This document shows, piece by piece, positions 49,836 to 60,161 of a stretch of DNA of 64,000 bases. The notes beneath the pieces were generated by a model that searched no databases, was not told where the DNA came from, and saw only the letters and a program-made list of their open reading frames with translations. The position numbers and the translations under genes are program-made. Origin of the DNA: Flectonema sp. DT1601 (lineage: Eukaryota). The DNA lies in contig OZ025783.1 in assembly GCA_964019425.1 (NCBI GenBank), positions 310,001 to 374,000 of the forward strand. The letters run 5' to 3'. Numbering within the stretch: position 1 is the first letter of the stretch; each line of letters begins with the position of its first letter.

Positions 49836-51997
49836 ACAGATGACTGAGTAACTACTAAAACAGTTCCTTGTGTTGATAAGGTTTTGTTGTCTTCTAAGAC
49901 GTCGAGTAAAGACTTATTATCTGTTTGGGTTTGTTTGAAGTCAACCAATAATTGAGTTTGGATATCTTTATCTGATAGTGATATATTCTTAAGGGTTGCT
50001 AACTGAGTACTTAAATAAGTATTCTCAACCACCAGATCTTTATGTGCTGATTCCAACCTACTAAATGCATCTTTTAGTGATAAGAAGTCCTCAACTCGTG
50101 GACGTGAATCCTCAGCAACAGGAACGTCTACTAAGTCTGTCCAAACTCTTTCTGGTGATGCAAAGTCTGTTGGGATTGTCACACCAGCTGGAGATGATGA
50201 AGTATCTCTGTTAGGAACTCCTTTTAATAATTCTGTTTCTCTAATATCACTCAAGTTAGTCCATCGTCTCTCAGGTGATGCAGAGTGTAACGACTCGGAA
50301 ACGTTTTCCTTTTTTAAATCAGAGAGTGAAGTCCATACTCGTGGGCTAGAATCTCTACTGAGAATATCTGAAGGAAGCACATCAGTTGGTTGAAGTCTTT
50401 CCATTTCTTTGATTCGAATATCCGAAGCGGTCAGCTCTTCACGTAGTTGTTCGACGCAGTTTCGAAGTTGGTAATTCTCAAGTTCTAAGTCGTTTCTACT
50501 ACTCTGTTGTGTTGATATCTGAGATGTTTCTTCAAGGGTCTCTTCAATTGATAGTAACGCTGAATAGCAGTCATCAGACCTGATTGAGTTAGTTGACGGG
50601 ACTTGTTCTCTCGTTTCGACTTCAGATTTCAAGAAATTCATTTCTTTTTTTAAAATACTCATCCAGTCTGAAAGAAGAGTCTTTGTCAACGCATCATATT
50701 CTGAACCACTTCCTTCTAAAGGAATGGTCGAAGGAATCACAGAATGATTTTGTTCAAGTTGCATCCTTCTTGATAGACAAGCAACTGTGTCTTCCAATTG
50801 CAACTTCTCAAATAGTAAAACATCAACAGCATGACTGCTGTCATGAGGTGGTGTAGGTGAGAGTAGTCTTCCACAGGTATCGCTACTTACATTTGACTCA
50901 TCAAGTTGGCCCATAAAATAATCAGGTCGACTCAGTAGCTGATCACTTATGCTATCTCTTCTATTTTTATGTGGTTCCTCAGTTTGAACGCCAATACTCG
51001 AAAGTAGAACATCAGATGATTTTATTTGCATTTCTTTTTCCATAAATTCCATTGGGGGGGAGATCGCCTGGTGATGGCTCTCTCTGAGGCTGCTTTCGCT
51101 GCTTAAATATCTTTCGTTTTTTGCTTCCTGCTTTCGTTGCTCATTTTTATTATCGTGTTCGCTATGCTGTTGAATGTCATAGTCATCTGAAATAGTTTCT
51201 ACTTGACATTCCTTATCATGAAAGTATTGGGTTAAAAGGTCCTTCTCGACTTGACTATCCACCTCTCTGACATCAAAACAACTACTACTTTGACACGATT
51301 GCTCTCTTGTACAAAAAGGTATTGATTGAGGACACACAGTAGTGCCTATCGATTGATTATTGAAGAAGCTGTTGTCGGTTTGTGATGTCATTGAATCGGA
51401 CCATTCGGGTTCAGTTGTTGACTTTATTTGAGTAGAGACACAGTTGGTTCCTGAAAGGAACGATTGTTCCGTTTGAGATGAAGAAGGAATCGAACTGAAC
51501 AGATATTGAGTACCAGAGTTTGTAACCTTCACAGAAGCCTGCGATGACTGAGAAGCTTGCGATATGACTATCTGACAAGATGCATCAGACTTTTCAGTAT
51601 TATTAATCACAACAAGATCACGAAGGTATTGATGTTCGTTGGAGGCAGCCATCAGTTCCAAGGCTGCAGCGTCTAACAAATCAGCATCAGTCTCCAATTG
51701 ATAAGCAGCCTGTTCATTTCCTGTTACTAGTCTGTCTCTGAGTCCACTAATGTCAACATCTCTTGCAGTGACCATCTCATCAATAGAAGTGATTGTTGAA
51801 CTTATTGCTGTTCTCAAAGATGGTGTGCTGGGTTCTTTATAAACTTCGTCATCTCTCTTCTGATTGTATTTAATAATATCATTTAGTTTTCCTCCATAAT
51901 CACTTTGGTCTTTAATATTTATATTTGGTGGTAGTCGAGTTCTCTTTTCCTTTCTCAATCCAGCGAGTCTGCTCACAGACTCCTCCCTCCATGACAT
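15827..51997 (-). CDS. Giant (~12,056 aa) acidic, coiled-coil/helical tandem-repeat protein, probably cytoskeletal or structural
   Basis: Uninterrupted ORF 15827-52108. The first ATG (MSWREES) is at 51997, just after a tttactttcgaaAG acceptor-like site. Several in-frame repeat families; no catalytic motif recognised. Confidence 0.85.
17986..18422 (-). repeat. Coding minisatellite, 27-bp unit x16 (EDELDILKK)
   Basis: gttcatcctctttcttcaagatatcaa repeated head-to-tail; two copies carry a synonymous change. Confidence 0.97.
18423..30962 (-). repeat. Coding mosaic array of about six near-identical modules in shuffled order
   Basis: About 13 copies of the LSPAEATQKVKEAHVRMEAASKEL module, interleaved with ...SKAFG(K/Q)LRAEH-headed modules. 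Confidence 0.95.
33096..37222 (-). repeat. Coding tandem array, 606-bp (202-aa) unit, about 6.8 copies
   Basis: Near-identical shadow ORFs recur at 33290, 33896, 34502, 35108, 35714, 36320 and 36926 (606-nt spacing). Confidence 0.97.
38850..44530 (-). repeat. Coding coiled-coil repeat block (QDDASGKLLEIAD..KTEQLA..RI.QLE..V.DLESKL) with a homogeneous 276-bp core array
   Basis: actgttcattctcatc recurs at 43321, 43597 and 43873 (276-nt spacing); more divergent copies flank the core. Confidence 0.92.
44875..47428 (-). repeat. Coding array with 675-bp (225-aa) higher-order unit and shorter variants
   Basis: Shadow ORFs at 45775, 46450 and 47125 (675-nt spacing); repeated GNKTPPADRLQLPANVSITTSVAEEL and AEAEAKYQKELEEFEDLKFAVVERERALSKFA. 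Confidence 0.95.
47700..47882 (-). repeat. Coding 42-bp repeat x4 (SGNDDEQLPVVTS[LI])
   Basis: ggatgttacgactggtagctgttcatcatcattaccagaga unit repeated four times. Confidence 0.93.
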
Positions 51998-52800
51998 ATC
52001 ATTCGTGTAGGTACTTTCGAAAGTAAAATATAATTGTCTTGCATTGTCTCTTACATTGAAGTTAGTAGAACTTGTCAATTGACTAAAGGAATATAATAGA
52101 ATCTTCAATCGTGTTTGGTAATTCTTGTTGAGGAGGTGAAGCTGAGTGCTTGGTGTTGTTAGTCAGAAACTAGAACCCCCTCTTACGAACACACAAAACG
52201 TTGTTTTTTTTTTTCTTTTTTTTTTCTTTTTTTTTTCCACACAGTCTTTCCTGTATTGAAATTAGTTGAGTTTGCTGTTCGTATTTATAATATGAAATTT
52301 TTTGTTATCGACTTTAATAAAATAAAATTAAAAAAAACTGGCTTTCAAATCTAAAAAAAAAAAAAAAAAAAAAAAAAACAGGTTGCACAAAGTTTGAAAA
52401 ATAATACAACCCTTATAACAGTAACAAAAAGTGTGTAGCATAACCCTATTGGAAATATAAAAGGGGTTTTATTCTTTTTTTTTTTTTGGATTCCATTCTA
52501 CTGTTGGATTTCAGTTAACACAAAGAGAAATATTTGCGAAACAAGAGACTTCACTAACTGACAAAAAAAAAAACCATTCTAAACTACTGTAAGGCGATTC
52601 TACTAATAGTTGGCAATAAATTGAAGGGCAGGATAGGGAAACAGGCAAGTTATTTTTTTTAATTTCATTTATTTAAAAAAAAAAAAAAAATTGTTGTTGT
52701 TGTTTTTTTTTTTTGTTTTCGAACGATTGCGAGACGCAATATGACAAAAGATAAAAAAGAAAATGAACTACGAAAGTAGAACCAAATGAAATCCCTCAAC

Positions 52801-55800
52801 CTATTGATCACAAGCATAGCGAAGGGAAATGCTACTGACTCTGTGACAGATGCTGAGTACGGTTCTTGGTGGATCAACATCAAGTTCTTCATACGCAACA
52901 GCTGATGCCGATGTAGCAGTTGGCGTACCAACAGCCCATCCCTCAATGTCCATGTGATGGGAAACTCTCAACAGCCACGATCCTGCATGTGGATCTCCCG
53001 AAGTACGAACTTCAAAGTAAACCTTACCATTAGCACTGCAGTACAATAGAAATGGTGTTGAAGGTGATTTTTTTGATATTTTTTCAGCGACATACTTCAG
53101 AGACTCCTGCGTGGAGACTGCCACAAGCATACAAAAGTGAGAAATGGGGTCTGCCGATATCAAAGAACAAATCCTAACAACTTCATCATCCTCAGTCAGA
53201 AGTTTACCAGAACTACTAATTTCTTCATTCAACACTTCGCTTTTGGGTGATAAAATTAAACTCAACGCATCCATCTTTTCTCTTAATACTTCCCTTGAAG
53301 TTGACTTAGATATCTGTGACACCATGTGCTGTACTTCAGAAGAATAACATAAGGGTGGTAGTTGTAATGTTTTTGGTATTAAGAATCGTAATATAGTAGT
53401 GATAGACTCTTCAGAGGTATGTTTAAAAATTGAATTCGCAACTAACTGTGCAACAGAATCATTGCTTTGAAGGTTACTGTCTGTAGTGGACTCTTCATCT
53501 GATAGGCATTCCGAAAGGAATCTGAGTGTTGTTTTAGTTTTTTCGTCAGTAGTACATCTCATGAGCCATTCAACAGCTCTGACTCTGGTTCTGAATGTGC
53601 TGTCAGCTTGTGACTGATTCCTCGATGTAGACATTAGAAAAGTTAGTATTTCCTGACACCTGAAATCACTACTTGCCTCACACAAGTCATCAACAACTGA
53701 ACTTTTCCTTTTTGACGAATTATTCACCACTGAGTCGAGTCCTTTCTCTTCATCACTTATGCACTCGGATAGGAATCTTAATATTGTTAAAGTAGACTCA
53801 TCTCTTGTTGATTCTACTAGTGTTTCTACAGCTTTCAATTTAAAGAAAGCAATGTCTGTTACATCAGTTCTCTCTCCTCCTTTCTCTTCTTCAGTCCGAC
53901 TCTTTAATAAGAAATCGAGTACTTCCTTCTCTGCGTAATTAGAAGTTGATTCCATCAGAGTCTCAATGTGTGAATCTCGTCTTCCACGAGGAGATGGATT
54001 TGGAGATGGATTTGGAGATATAAGACCTTTCTCTTCATCAGTAATACACTCGGATAGGAATCGTAATGTTTCTAAAATATTATTATCTTTTGTTGACTCC
54101 ATCAGTGATTCTACTGCTCGAAGTTTTAGGAAGGCCACGTCTGTTACGTCAGTTCGATCACCCTTTTCCTTTTCAGCCCGACACTTTAACAAATATTGAA
54201 GTACTTCCTTCACTTCATAATTTGATGTCGTCTCCGATAGTAATTCAACACGAGAATCACTTCCTCCACGAGGTGAAGTTAGAGGAGTGGCGAGACCTTT
54301 CTCTTCATCAGAAATACACTCAGAGAGGAATTGAAGAATACCTCTGTCCTTACTGTTGTTTGTTGATTCTACTAGTGTTTCTACAGCTTTCAATTTAAAG
54401 AAAGCAATGTCTGTTACATCAGTTCTCTCTCCTCCTTTCTCTTCTTCAGTCCGACTCTTTAATAAGAAATCGAGTACTTCCTTCTCTGCGTAATTAGAAG
54501 TTGATTCCATCAGAGTCTCAATGTGTGAATCTCGTCTTCCACGAGGAGATGGAGGAGGAGATGGATTTGGAGATATAAGACCTTTCTCTTCATCAGTAAT
54601 ACACTCGGATAGGAATCGTAATGTTTCTAAAATATTATTATCTTTTGTTGACTCCATCAGTGATTCTACTGCTCGAAGTTTAAGGAAGGCGATGTCGGTA
54701 ACTTCGGTACGTTCCTGGCCTTTCTCTTCCTCAGCCCGGGACCTTAATAAGAATTTGAGTACCTCTTTCTCTGCGTAATTAGAAGTTGTCTCCGTCAGAG
54801 TCTCAATGTGAGAAACTCTCCTTCCGCGAGGTGAGGGAGGGTCACGTGGTGATGTAAGTCCCTTCTCTTCATCACCGATACACTCGGATAGGAATCGTAA
54901 TACTTTTAAAGAAGACTTGTCTCTCGTTGTCTTCATCAATGTTTCAACTGCTCGTACTTTAAAAAAAGCAATATCTGTGATATCAGTGCGGTCAGATCCC
55001 TTCTCCCTTTCTGTTTGACACTTTAAAAGGAATTCAAGAATCTCTTTTTCTGCATAATTAGAAGTTGAGAAAACAAGAGATTGGATACGTGATTCATGTC
55101 GTCTGCGGGGTGATGGGGGTGGAGAACTTTTTGGAGTAACAAGTCCCTTCTCTTCATCACCGATACACTCAGATAGGAATCGTAATACTTTTAAAGAAGA
55201 CTTGTCTCTCGTTGTCTTCATCAATGTTTCAACTGCTCGTACTTTAAAAAAAGCAATATCTGTGAGATCAGTGCGGTCAGATCCCTTCTCCCTTTCAGTC
55301 CGACACTTTAACAAATATTGAAGTACTTCCTTCACTTCATAATTTGATGTCGTCTCCGATAGTAATTCAACACGAGAATCACTTCCTCCACGAGGTGAAG
55401 TTAGAGGAGTGGCGAGACCTTTCTCTTCATCAGAAATACACTCAGAGAGGAATTGAAGAATACCTCTGTCCTTACTGTTGTTTGTTGATTCTACTAGTGT
55501 TTCTACAGCTTTCAATTTAAAGAAAGCAATGTCTGTTACATCAGTTCTCTCTCCTCCTTTCTCTTCTTCAGTCCGACTCTTTAATAAGAAATCGAGTACT
55601 TCCTTCTCTGCGTAATTAGAAGTTGATTCCATCAGAGTCTCAATGTGTGAATCTCGTCTTCCACGAGGAGATGGAGGAGGAGATGGATTTGGAGATATAA
55701 GACCTTTCTCTTCATCAGTAATACACTCGGATAGGAATCGTAATGTTTCTAAAATATTATTATCTTTTGTTGACTCCATCAGTGATTCTACTGCTCGAAG

Positions 55801-57720
55801 TTTTAGGAAGGCCACGTCTGTTACGTCAGTTCGATCACCCTTTTCGATATCAGAACGAGAGAGTAAAAGGAATTTCAATATTGCCGTCATATCCACATCA
55901 GATGATTGTTCTGATAACAGAGACACGAGAGACTTTGATTGATTTCGATAACTATTCTTGTCAACAGGTTTCATTGTTGAATAGAAACCTCGTTCTTCAT
56001 CAGAGATACACTCAGATAGGAATTGTAGAGTCTTTCTATCACTTTCAATTATGTTCCCACTTAGTAGTGTCTCAACAGAATGGTTGCTTGCGAAAGCAAT
56101 GTCGGATTCAGAGACACGAGCTCCCTTTTCCTCATCTGATTTAGTAGCTGACAAGAACGACAACACGTCGCTGACTTTCTTATCAGCGGTGACAGTTCGT
56201 AATAACTCGACTACTGACTCACGCTTACTCGCAGACTTCCTCCGTTCGGAAATACCAGTTCGCTGATTTCTGTCGCGGTGGACGACGGCTTCACACTTTA
56301 GCTGCGAGCCACACCAGTCAGCATCGGCGTCTGCCAAGCACACTTCCCGTCCTATCTCATTGGGAGCTAAAACGTTATTCCGCACCACAGCAGCAACACC
56401 ACCTCCAGCCTGCTTACTGCTGCTACTCATTTTTTCCTGTTCCGGTAAAACCATACTGGAAGAGGGGACAGGAATACATAACCCACACGAGTCAGCGTCA
56501 CTCGATGAATTAATTGTAATGATTTGTTCGTTTAAAGGAGTGGTAAGGGTATTACCAAACACAACATCAGAAGGGCTGGGTAGGACAATATCACAACTCG
56601 TACCAAATCCTGAATCCACTTTAAGAACTGCATCACATTTCTGTATCACCTCATCAGATATCGGGGTTACTATTTTAACGTCTCCGAATGAAATGTTAGC
56701 AGGGGGAGGTTGTATGATTGTTGACGACGGTGTCGATATTCTTAATGTACTGTTTGTTTCAACTATCTGACTGGTGTACAGATTATTCACGGCATTCACA
56801 TGTTGTTCATAACTGTTACTACCCCCTCCCAACTCACTTATCGCTGATGCTACCAAGTCAACCGGTGAGGGAGGAGGGGTTTTTGTCTGTACGTGTAGCT
56901 TCTTCTTATCTTTCTTGTCTTTTTTATGCTTCTTTTGTTTCTTTTTCTTCTTTTTTTCCTTACTGGACGAACTGTTGCTGCTAACAGTTTGTTGAGAATC
57001 ATCATCAGAAAGTGTTAGCGACAAACAAGATTGTTGTAAGGGATCCGTAGAAGTCGCAACGAGGAGTTGACGTACAAGTAAATTAAATTTAGTAAAGTCT
57101 TCCTCACTTGGATGTTTATCACCCGAGAAGAACTGAGACTTTCCCAAATCCTCACTATAACTGTTTACTAATGCTTTACAAGTTATTTTCGCACTCTCCT
57201 CAGAATAAGAAGATTTCGATTTTTTCGAGACGGAAATTCCAGCGGCCGAAGCTGTAGAACGAAGCCAGTCAGTTGTTAAAAAAGCTGTTGAGGATTTGGT
57301 ACTTTGAACTGACTGAGGTAATTGGTATTGTTTTTTTTCCATGCAGTCGATGTGCATTCTTATCGAGGCGTTGTCAATTTGAAGTCTTTTTAAGTATTCC
57401 TTTGATTCACCGACCCTTTGAACGTGTTCTTCTTCTTCTTCTTGTAGTTGTCTCTGAAGCAGTTGGACCTTTCTTTCTTCAGCGACTATTTGTTTTTGAA
57501 GTTTGTCCACTTCTCTCTCTGAGAAACTTTTTTTTTGATCCCCCAAGTTAAGATTGCTCGAGCTGCTTGCTGGTGGCTTCATTGGTCTGCTGGCGGTTCC
57601 TTTCAACATCATTTTCTCTTTCTCTTCAACCTGCTTTCTCAAATTTGCAACATATCTCGCTTGCAATAACTTTCTTTCTTCAGCGACATCAACTGGTTGT
57701 GTAGGATCTCGGTAACTCAT
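52801..57720 (-). CDS. Large hypothetical protein (~1,640 aa): N-terminal coiled coil, basic patch, alternating helical repeats
   Basis: Long ORF; first ATG at 57720, after a caacaatAG acceptor-like site. Contains the KEKKKKKKQKKHKK basic tract and repeats DIAFxKxRAVExL..LRFLSECIxDEEKG / IETLMESTSNYAEKEVLxFLLKSRTEEEKG. Confidence 0.85.
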   Translation of the reverse strand: MSYRDPTQPVDVAEERKLLQARYVANLRKQVEEKEKMMLKGTASRPMKPPASSSSNLNLGDQKKSFSEREVDKLQKQIVAEERKVQLLQRQLQEEEEEHVQRVGESKEYLKRLQIDNASIRMHIDCMEKKQYQLPQSVQSTKSSTAFLTTDWLRSTASAAGISVSKKSKSSYSEESAKITCKALVNSYSEDLGKSQFFSGDKHPSEEDFTKFNLLVRQLLVATSTDPLQQSCLSLTLSDDDSQQTVSSNSSSSKEKKKKKKQKKHKKDKKDKKKLHVQTKTPPPSPVDLVASAISELGGGSNSYEQHVNAVNNLYTSQIVETNSTLRISTPSSTIIQPPPANISFGDVKIVTPISDEVIQKCDAVLKVDSGFGTSCDIVLPSPSDVVFGNTLTTPLNEQIITINSSSDADSCGLCIPVPSSSMVLPEQEKMSSSSKQAGGGVAAVVRNNVLAPNEIGREVCLADADADWCGSQLKCEAVVHRDRNQRTGISERRKSASKRESVVELLRTVTADKKVSDVLSFLSATKSDEEKGARVSESDIAFASNHSVETLLSGNIIESDRKTLQFLSECISDEERGFYSTMKPVDKNSYRNQSKSLVSLLSEQSSDVDMTAILKFLLLSRSDIEKGDRTDVTDVAFLKLRAVESLMESTKDNNILETLRFLSECITDEEKGLISPNPSPPPSPRGRRDSHIETLMESTSNYAEKEVLDFLLKSRTEEEKGGERTDVTDIAFFKLKAVETLVESTNNSKDRGILQFLSECISDEEKGLATPLTSPRGGSDSRVELLSETTSNYEVKEVLQYLLKCRTEREKGSDRTDLTDIAFFKVRAVETLMKTTRDKSSLKVLRFLSECIGDEEKGLVTPKSSPPPSPRRRHESRIQSLVFSTSNYAEKEILEFLLKCQTEREKGSDRTDITDIAFFKVRAVETLMKTTRDKSSLKVLRFLSECIGDEEKGLTSPRDPPSPRGRRVSHIETLTETTSNYAEKEVLKFLLRSRAEEEKGQERTEVTDIAFLKLRAVESLMESTKDNNILETLRFLSECITDEEKGLISPNPSPPPSPRGRRDSHIETLMESTSNYAEKEVLDFLLKSRTEEEKGGERTDVTDIAFFKLKAVETLVESTNNSKDRGILQFLSECISDEEKGLATPLTSPRGGSDSRVELLSETTSNYEVKEVLQYLLKCRAEKEKGDRTDVTDVAFLKLRAVESLMESTKDNNILETLRFLSECITDEEKGLISPNPSPNPSPRGRRDSHIETLMESTSNYAEKEVLDFLLKSRTEEEKGGERTDVTDIAFFKLKAVETLVESTRDESTLTILRFLSECISDEEKGLDSVVNNSSKRKSSVVDDLCEASSDFRCQEILTFLMSTSRNQSQADSTFRTRVRAVEWLMRCTTDEKTKTTLRFLSECLSDEESTTDSNLQSNDSVAQLVANSIFKHTSEESITTILRFLIPKTLQLPPLCYSSEVQHMVSQISKSTSREVLREKMDALSLILSPKSEVLNEEISSSGKLLTEDDEVVRICSLISADPISHFCMLVAVSTQESLKYVAEKISKKSPSTPFLLYCSANGKVYFEVRTSGDPHAGSWLLRVSHHMDIEGWAVGTPTATSASAVAYEELDVDPPRTVLSICHRVSSISLRYACDQ
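53500..56220 (-). repeat. Coding repeat array within the 1,640-aa gene
   Basis: Near-identical DNA blocks, e.g. starting at 53966, 54521 and 55643. Confidence 0.9.
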
Positions 57721-58676
57721 TGTACCAATCACCCCCTATTGTTGTAGATCAAAAATTATGAAAACATTCTTTTACAGAAATAAACCATCTTACTCAACCT
57801 GATTAAGTACCATTGAAGTTCCAAACATGACATAACTCATTCAGATACAAAAAAAAGGAAAATGTAATTGTCCGATAATTCAATAGTACAGAGGAGTGGG
57901 GTTGCAAACACTTACCGTCTGGTCCACTTAAAAGTGAACTACTTAGAGAGGAAGAACTTAGAAAACACGTGAGTCTTCATAAAGTTGGAGAGGATACCAA
58001 AGAAGAATTCTTTCCTTGCTCTGTTCGGGAAAGCCTAAAGTACAGAACATTATCTCCTCGTACAGGACAAGGGACATGAATTGAATTATTAATAATTATT
58101 ATTATTATAAAATAAAAATAAAAACCCATCACACACACAAACATCACAGGGGATACCGCATCTCTTGTTGTATTGTGAGACAGATTTCTCACAAACAAGA
58201 GACTTCGGGACTGCTCAATTTGTACGTCAAAGTGCATCTCCGTAATTGGGACCCCGGCAGCTTCGAGATATTCCCCTTTGTCGGGAAATCAATAAAGTGC
58301 TCCACCACCGCTGGGGTCCTTTCAATCAAGGGATTCAATCATAAGTAATACTTGTACCCCTTTGTGAAGGGGAAAAATAAAAGGACCTTTACTTCTAAAG
58401 GAAATGAAAAAAGAATTCTCATTTCTTCTTTTGTTTTGGAATTCCCCTTTTTAAAGGGATAACAAGTATGCATAAATCACAAATATAAATAAATCGCAGT
58501 TGTTGACATTATACAAGTCAAGAAAAGTTAGGAACAGAAGTGAGAGGGAGAATTGATATTTCATTATATTGACGTTTAACTTTTTCAGTAAAGTTAAAGA
58601 AAATTTAAAATAATTACAACGACAAAGAGAGAAAGAAAGAGAAAGAGATAGAGAGAGATAAAGGATGAGATGTTAT

Positions 58677-59804
58677 CTACTTTCTCGTAGAGTGGTTGTA
58701 ACGTTCCGGAGTTGTGTATCCTTCGGCACCGTAGATTGAAAGCCACCAGAGTCCCTGTTCAGAGGGAGGAGACAATTCGTACCCGTTTTCGAAACGCTCA
58801 ACCAAGTCGGGGTTCGTGATGAACGGCCTCCCGAACGCAATCATGTCGGCAACACCCGATGACACAGCCTCGTCAGCCGTCTCCTTCGTGTAGTCGGTGT
58901 TCCCCATCAGCTTCGTCTTGCTTCCCTCCAACAAGACCTTCGCATCCTTCAGCGTGTGCGGTTCACCCAACTCGTGGAATCCAAACCCCAGGCCGTCCAA
59001 CACACACACGTAGGCGATGTCCTTCTCACCGATCGCCTTGATCGTGTGATCGAATTGCTCGCGGAAATCAGGAGATCCGACGTCTCCGAACACACCGTTC
59101 GGGGAAACTCGGATCCCAACACGTTCCTTCGGAAACACTTCCAACACAGAGTCGATCACCTCCATCACAATCCGATTGCTGTTTTCAACAGATCCGCCGT
59201 ACATGTCGGTACGCTTATTTACCTTGCTCTGTAAAAACTGATCCAAAAGGTATCCATTCGCACCGTGGAGTTCCACCCCGTCGAATCCCGCAGCCTTCGC
59301 CTTCGCAGCAGCGCGCCCAAAGTCTTTCACGGTTTCCGCGATCTCCTCGATCTCCAACGCCCGCGGGGTTTCATACGGCTTCGATCCCTTTTTGGTGTGC
59401 GCCATGCTCTCCGCCCCCATCGGAGTCGCAGACGCACCGACCGGTGTCTGCCCGTGGAAGTCGCTGTGCGTCTGCCTTCCCATGTGCCACAACTGGCAGA
59501 AGATCTTCCCACCAGCCTCGTGAACCGAGTCTACTACCTTCTTCCATCCCTCCACCTGAGCATCCGTGTAGATACCTGGCGCCCCGACCCACCCGTCCGC
59601 AATCCGTGAAATGTGAACCCCTTCCGTGATGATGAGCCCCGCAGATGCTCTCTGCGTGTAGTACTCGACGTTCAGGTCATTCGGAACCTTTCCCTCGTTG
59701 TCGGTACGGGATCTGGTGAGTGCGGACATCACAACTCTGTTTTTGAGTTCCATCTCTCCCAAAACAAACGGAGACAAGATTCCAATACTTCTGGTCGATG
59801 ACAT
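58677..59804 (-). CDS. Old yellow enzyme family FMN/NAD(P)H alkene reductase (NemA/OPR-like)
   Basis: LKNRVVMSALTRSR, EYYTQRASAGLIITEG, QLWHMGR, AGFDGVELHGANGYLLDQF (catalytic H-N-Y), NKRTDMYGGSVEN, ADMIAFGRPFITNPDLVERF. Confidence 0.96.
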   Translation of the reverse strand: MSSTRSIGILSPFVLGEMELKNRVVMSALTRSRTDNEGKVPNDLNVEYYTQRASAGLIITEGVHISRIADGWVGAPGIYTDAQVEGWKKVVDSVHEAGGKIFCQLWHMGRQTHSDFHGQTPVGASATPMGAESMAHTKKGSKPYETPRALEIEEIAETVKDFGRAAAKAKAAGFDGVELHGANGYLLDQFLQSKVNKRTDMYGGSVENSNRIVMEVIDSVLEVFPKERVGIRVSPNGVFGDVGSPDFREQFDHTIKAIGEKDIAYVCVLDGLGFGFHELGEPHTLKDAKVLLEGSKTKLMGNTDYTKETADEAVSSGVADMIAFGRPFITNPDLVERFENGYELSPPSEQGLWWLSIYGAEGYTTPERYNHSTRK

Positions 59805-60161
59805 TGTGTGTGTGTTGTGTTGGGTGTTGTGGAGTTTCGGAGAAATCGAACTGTGTGGAGGAAGGGAGGATAACTAATATTGTGCTAAAAACTGAAAGAA
59901 ACAATAATTCCAAGATTTGCACTTGTCCGCTGTTTGAATGAACAACAAAACAGGGATGAAGAATGATAGACGACAAGTCTTGTTGACACCAGGTGTACCA
60001 ACATGCATGAATGCTGATTGAAAGAACCAATGCTGAACGTCATTACAATTTACCTTAACAGGGAAGCAGCCTGTTCGGTTGTGAGATGAACCATACTATT
60101 CATAAATTAAAAGTCATAAACAAGGTTAGAATATTATTGCAGTCAGTAGTTGTTAGTTGAT

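Noticed and set aside
16657..50856. Numerous plus-strand and alternate-frame ORFs overlapping the giant gene
   Set aside because: These are antisense or shadow frames that recur only because the underlying DNA repeats; their Ser/Leu/Phe-rich translations mirror the sense codons.
51998..52108. TTG start of the giant ORF given in the ORF track
   Set aside because: A non-ATG start is unlikely in this nuclear context; the first ATG at 51997 follows an acceptor-like AG.
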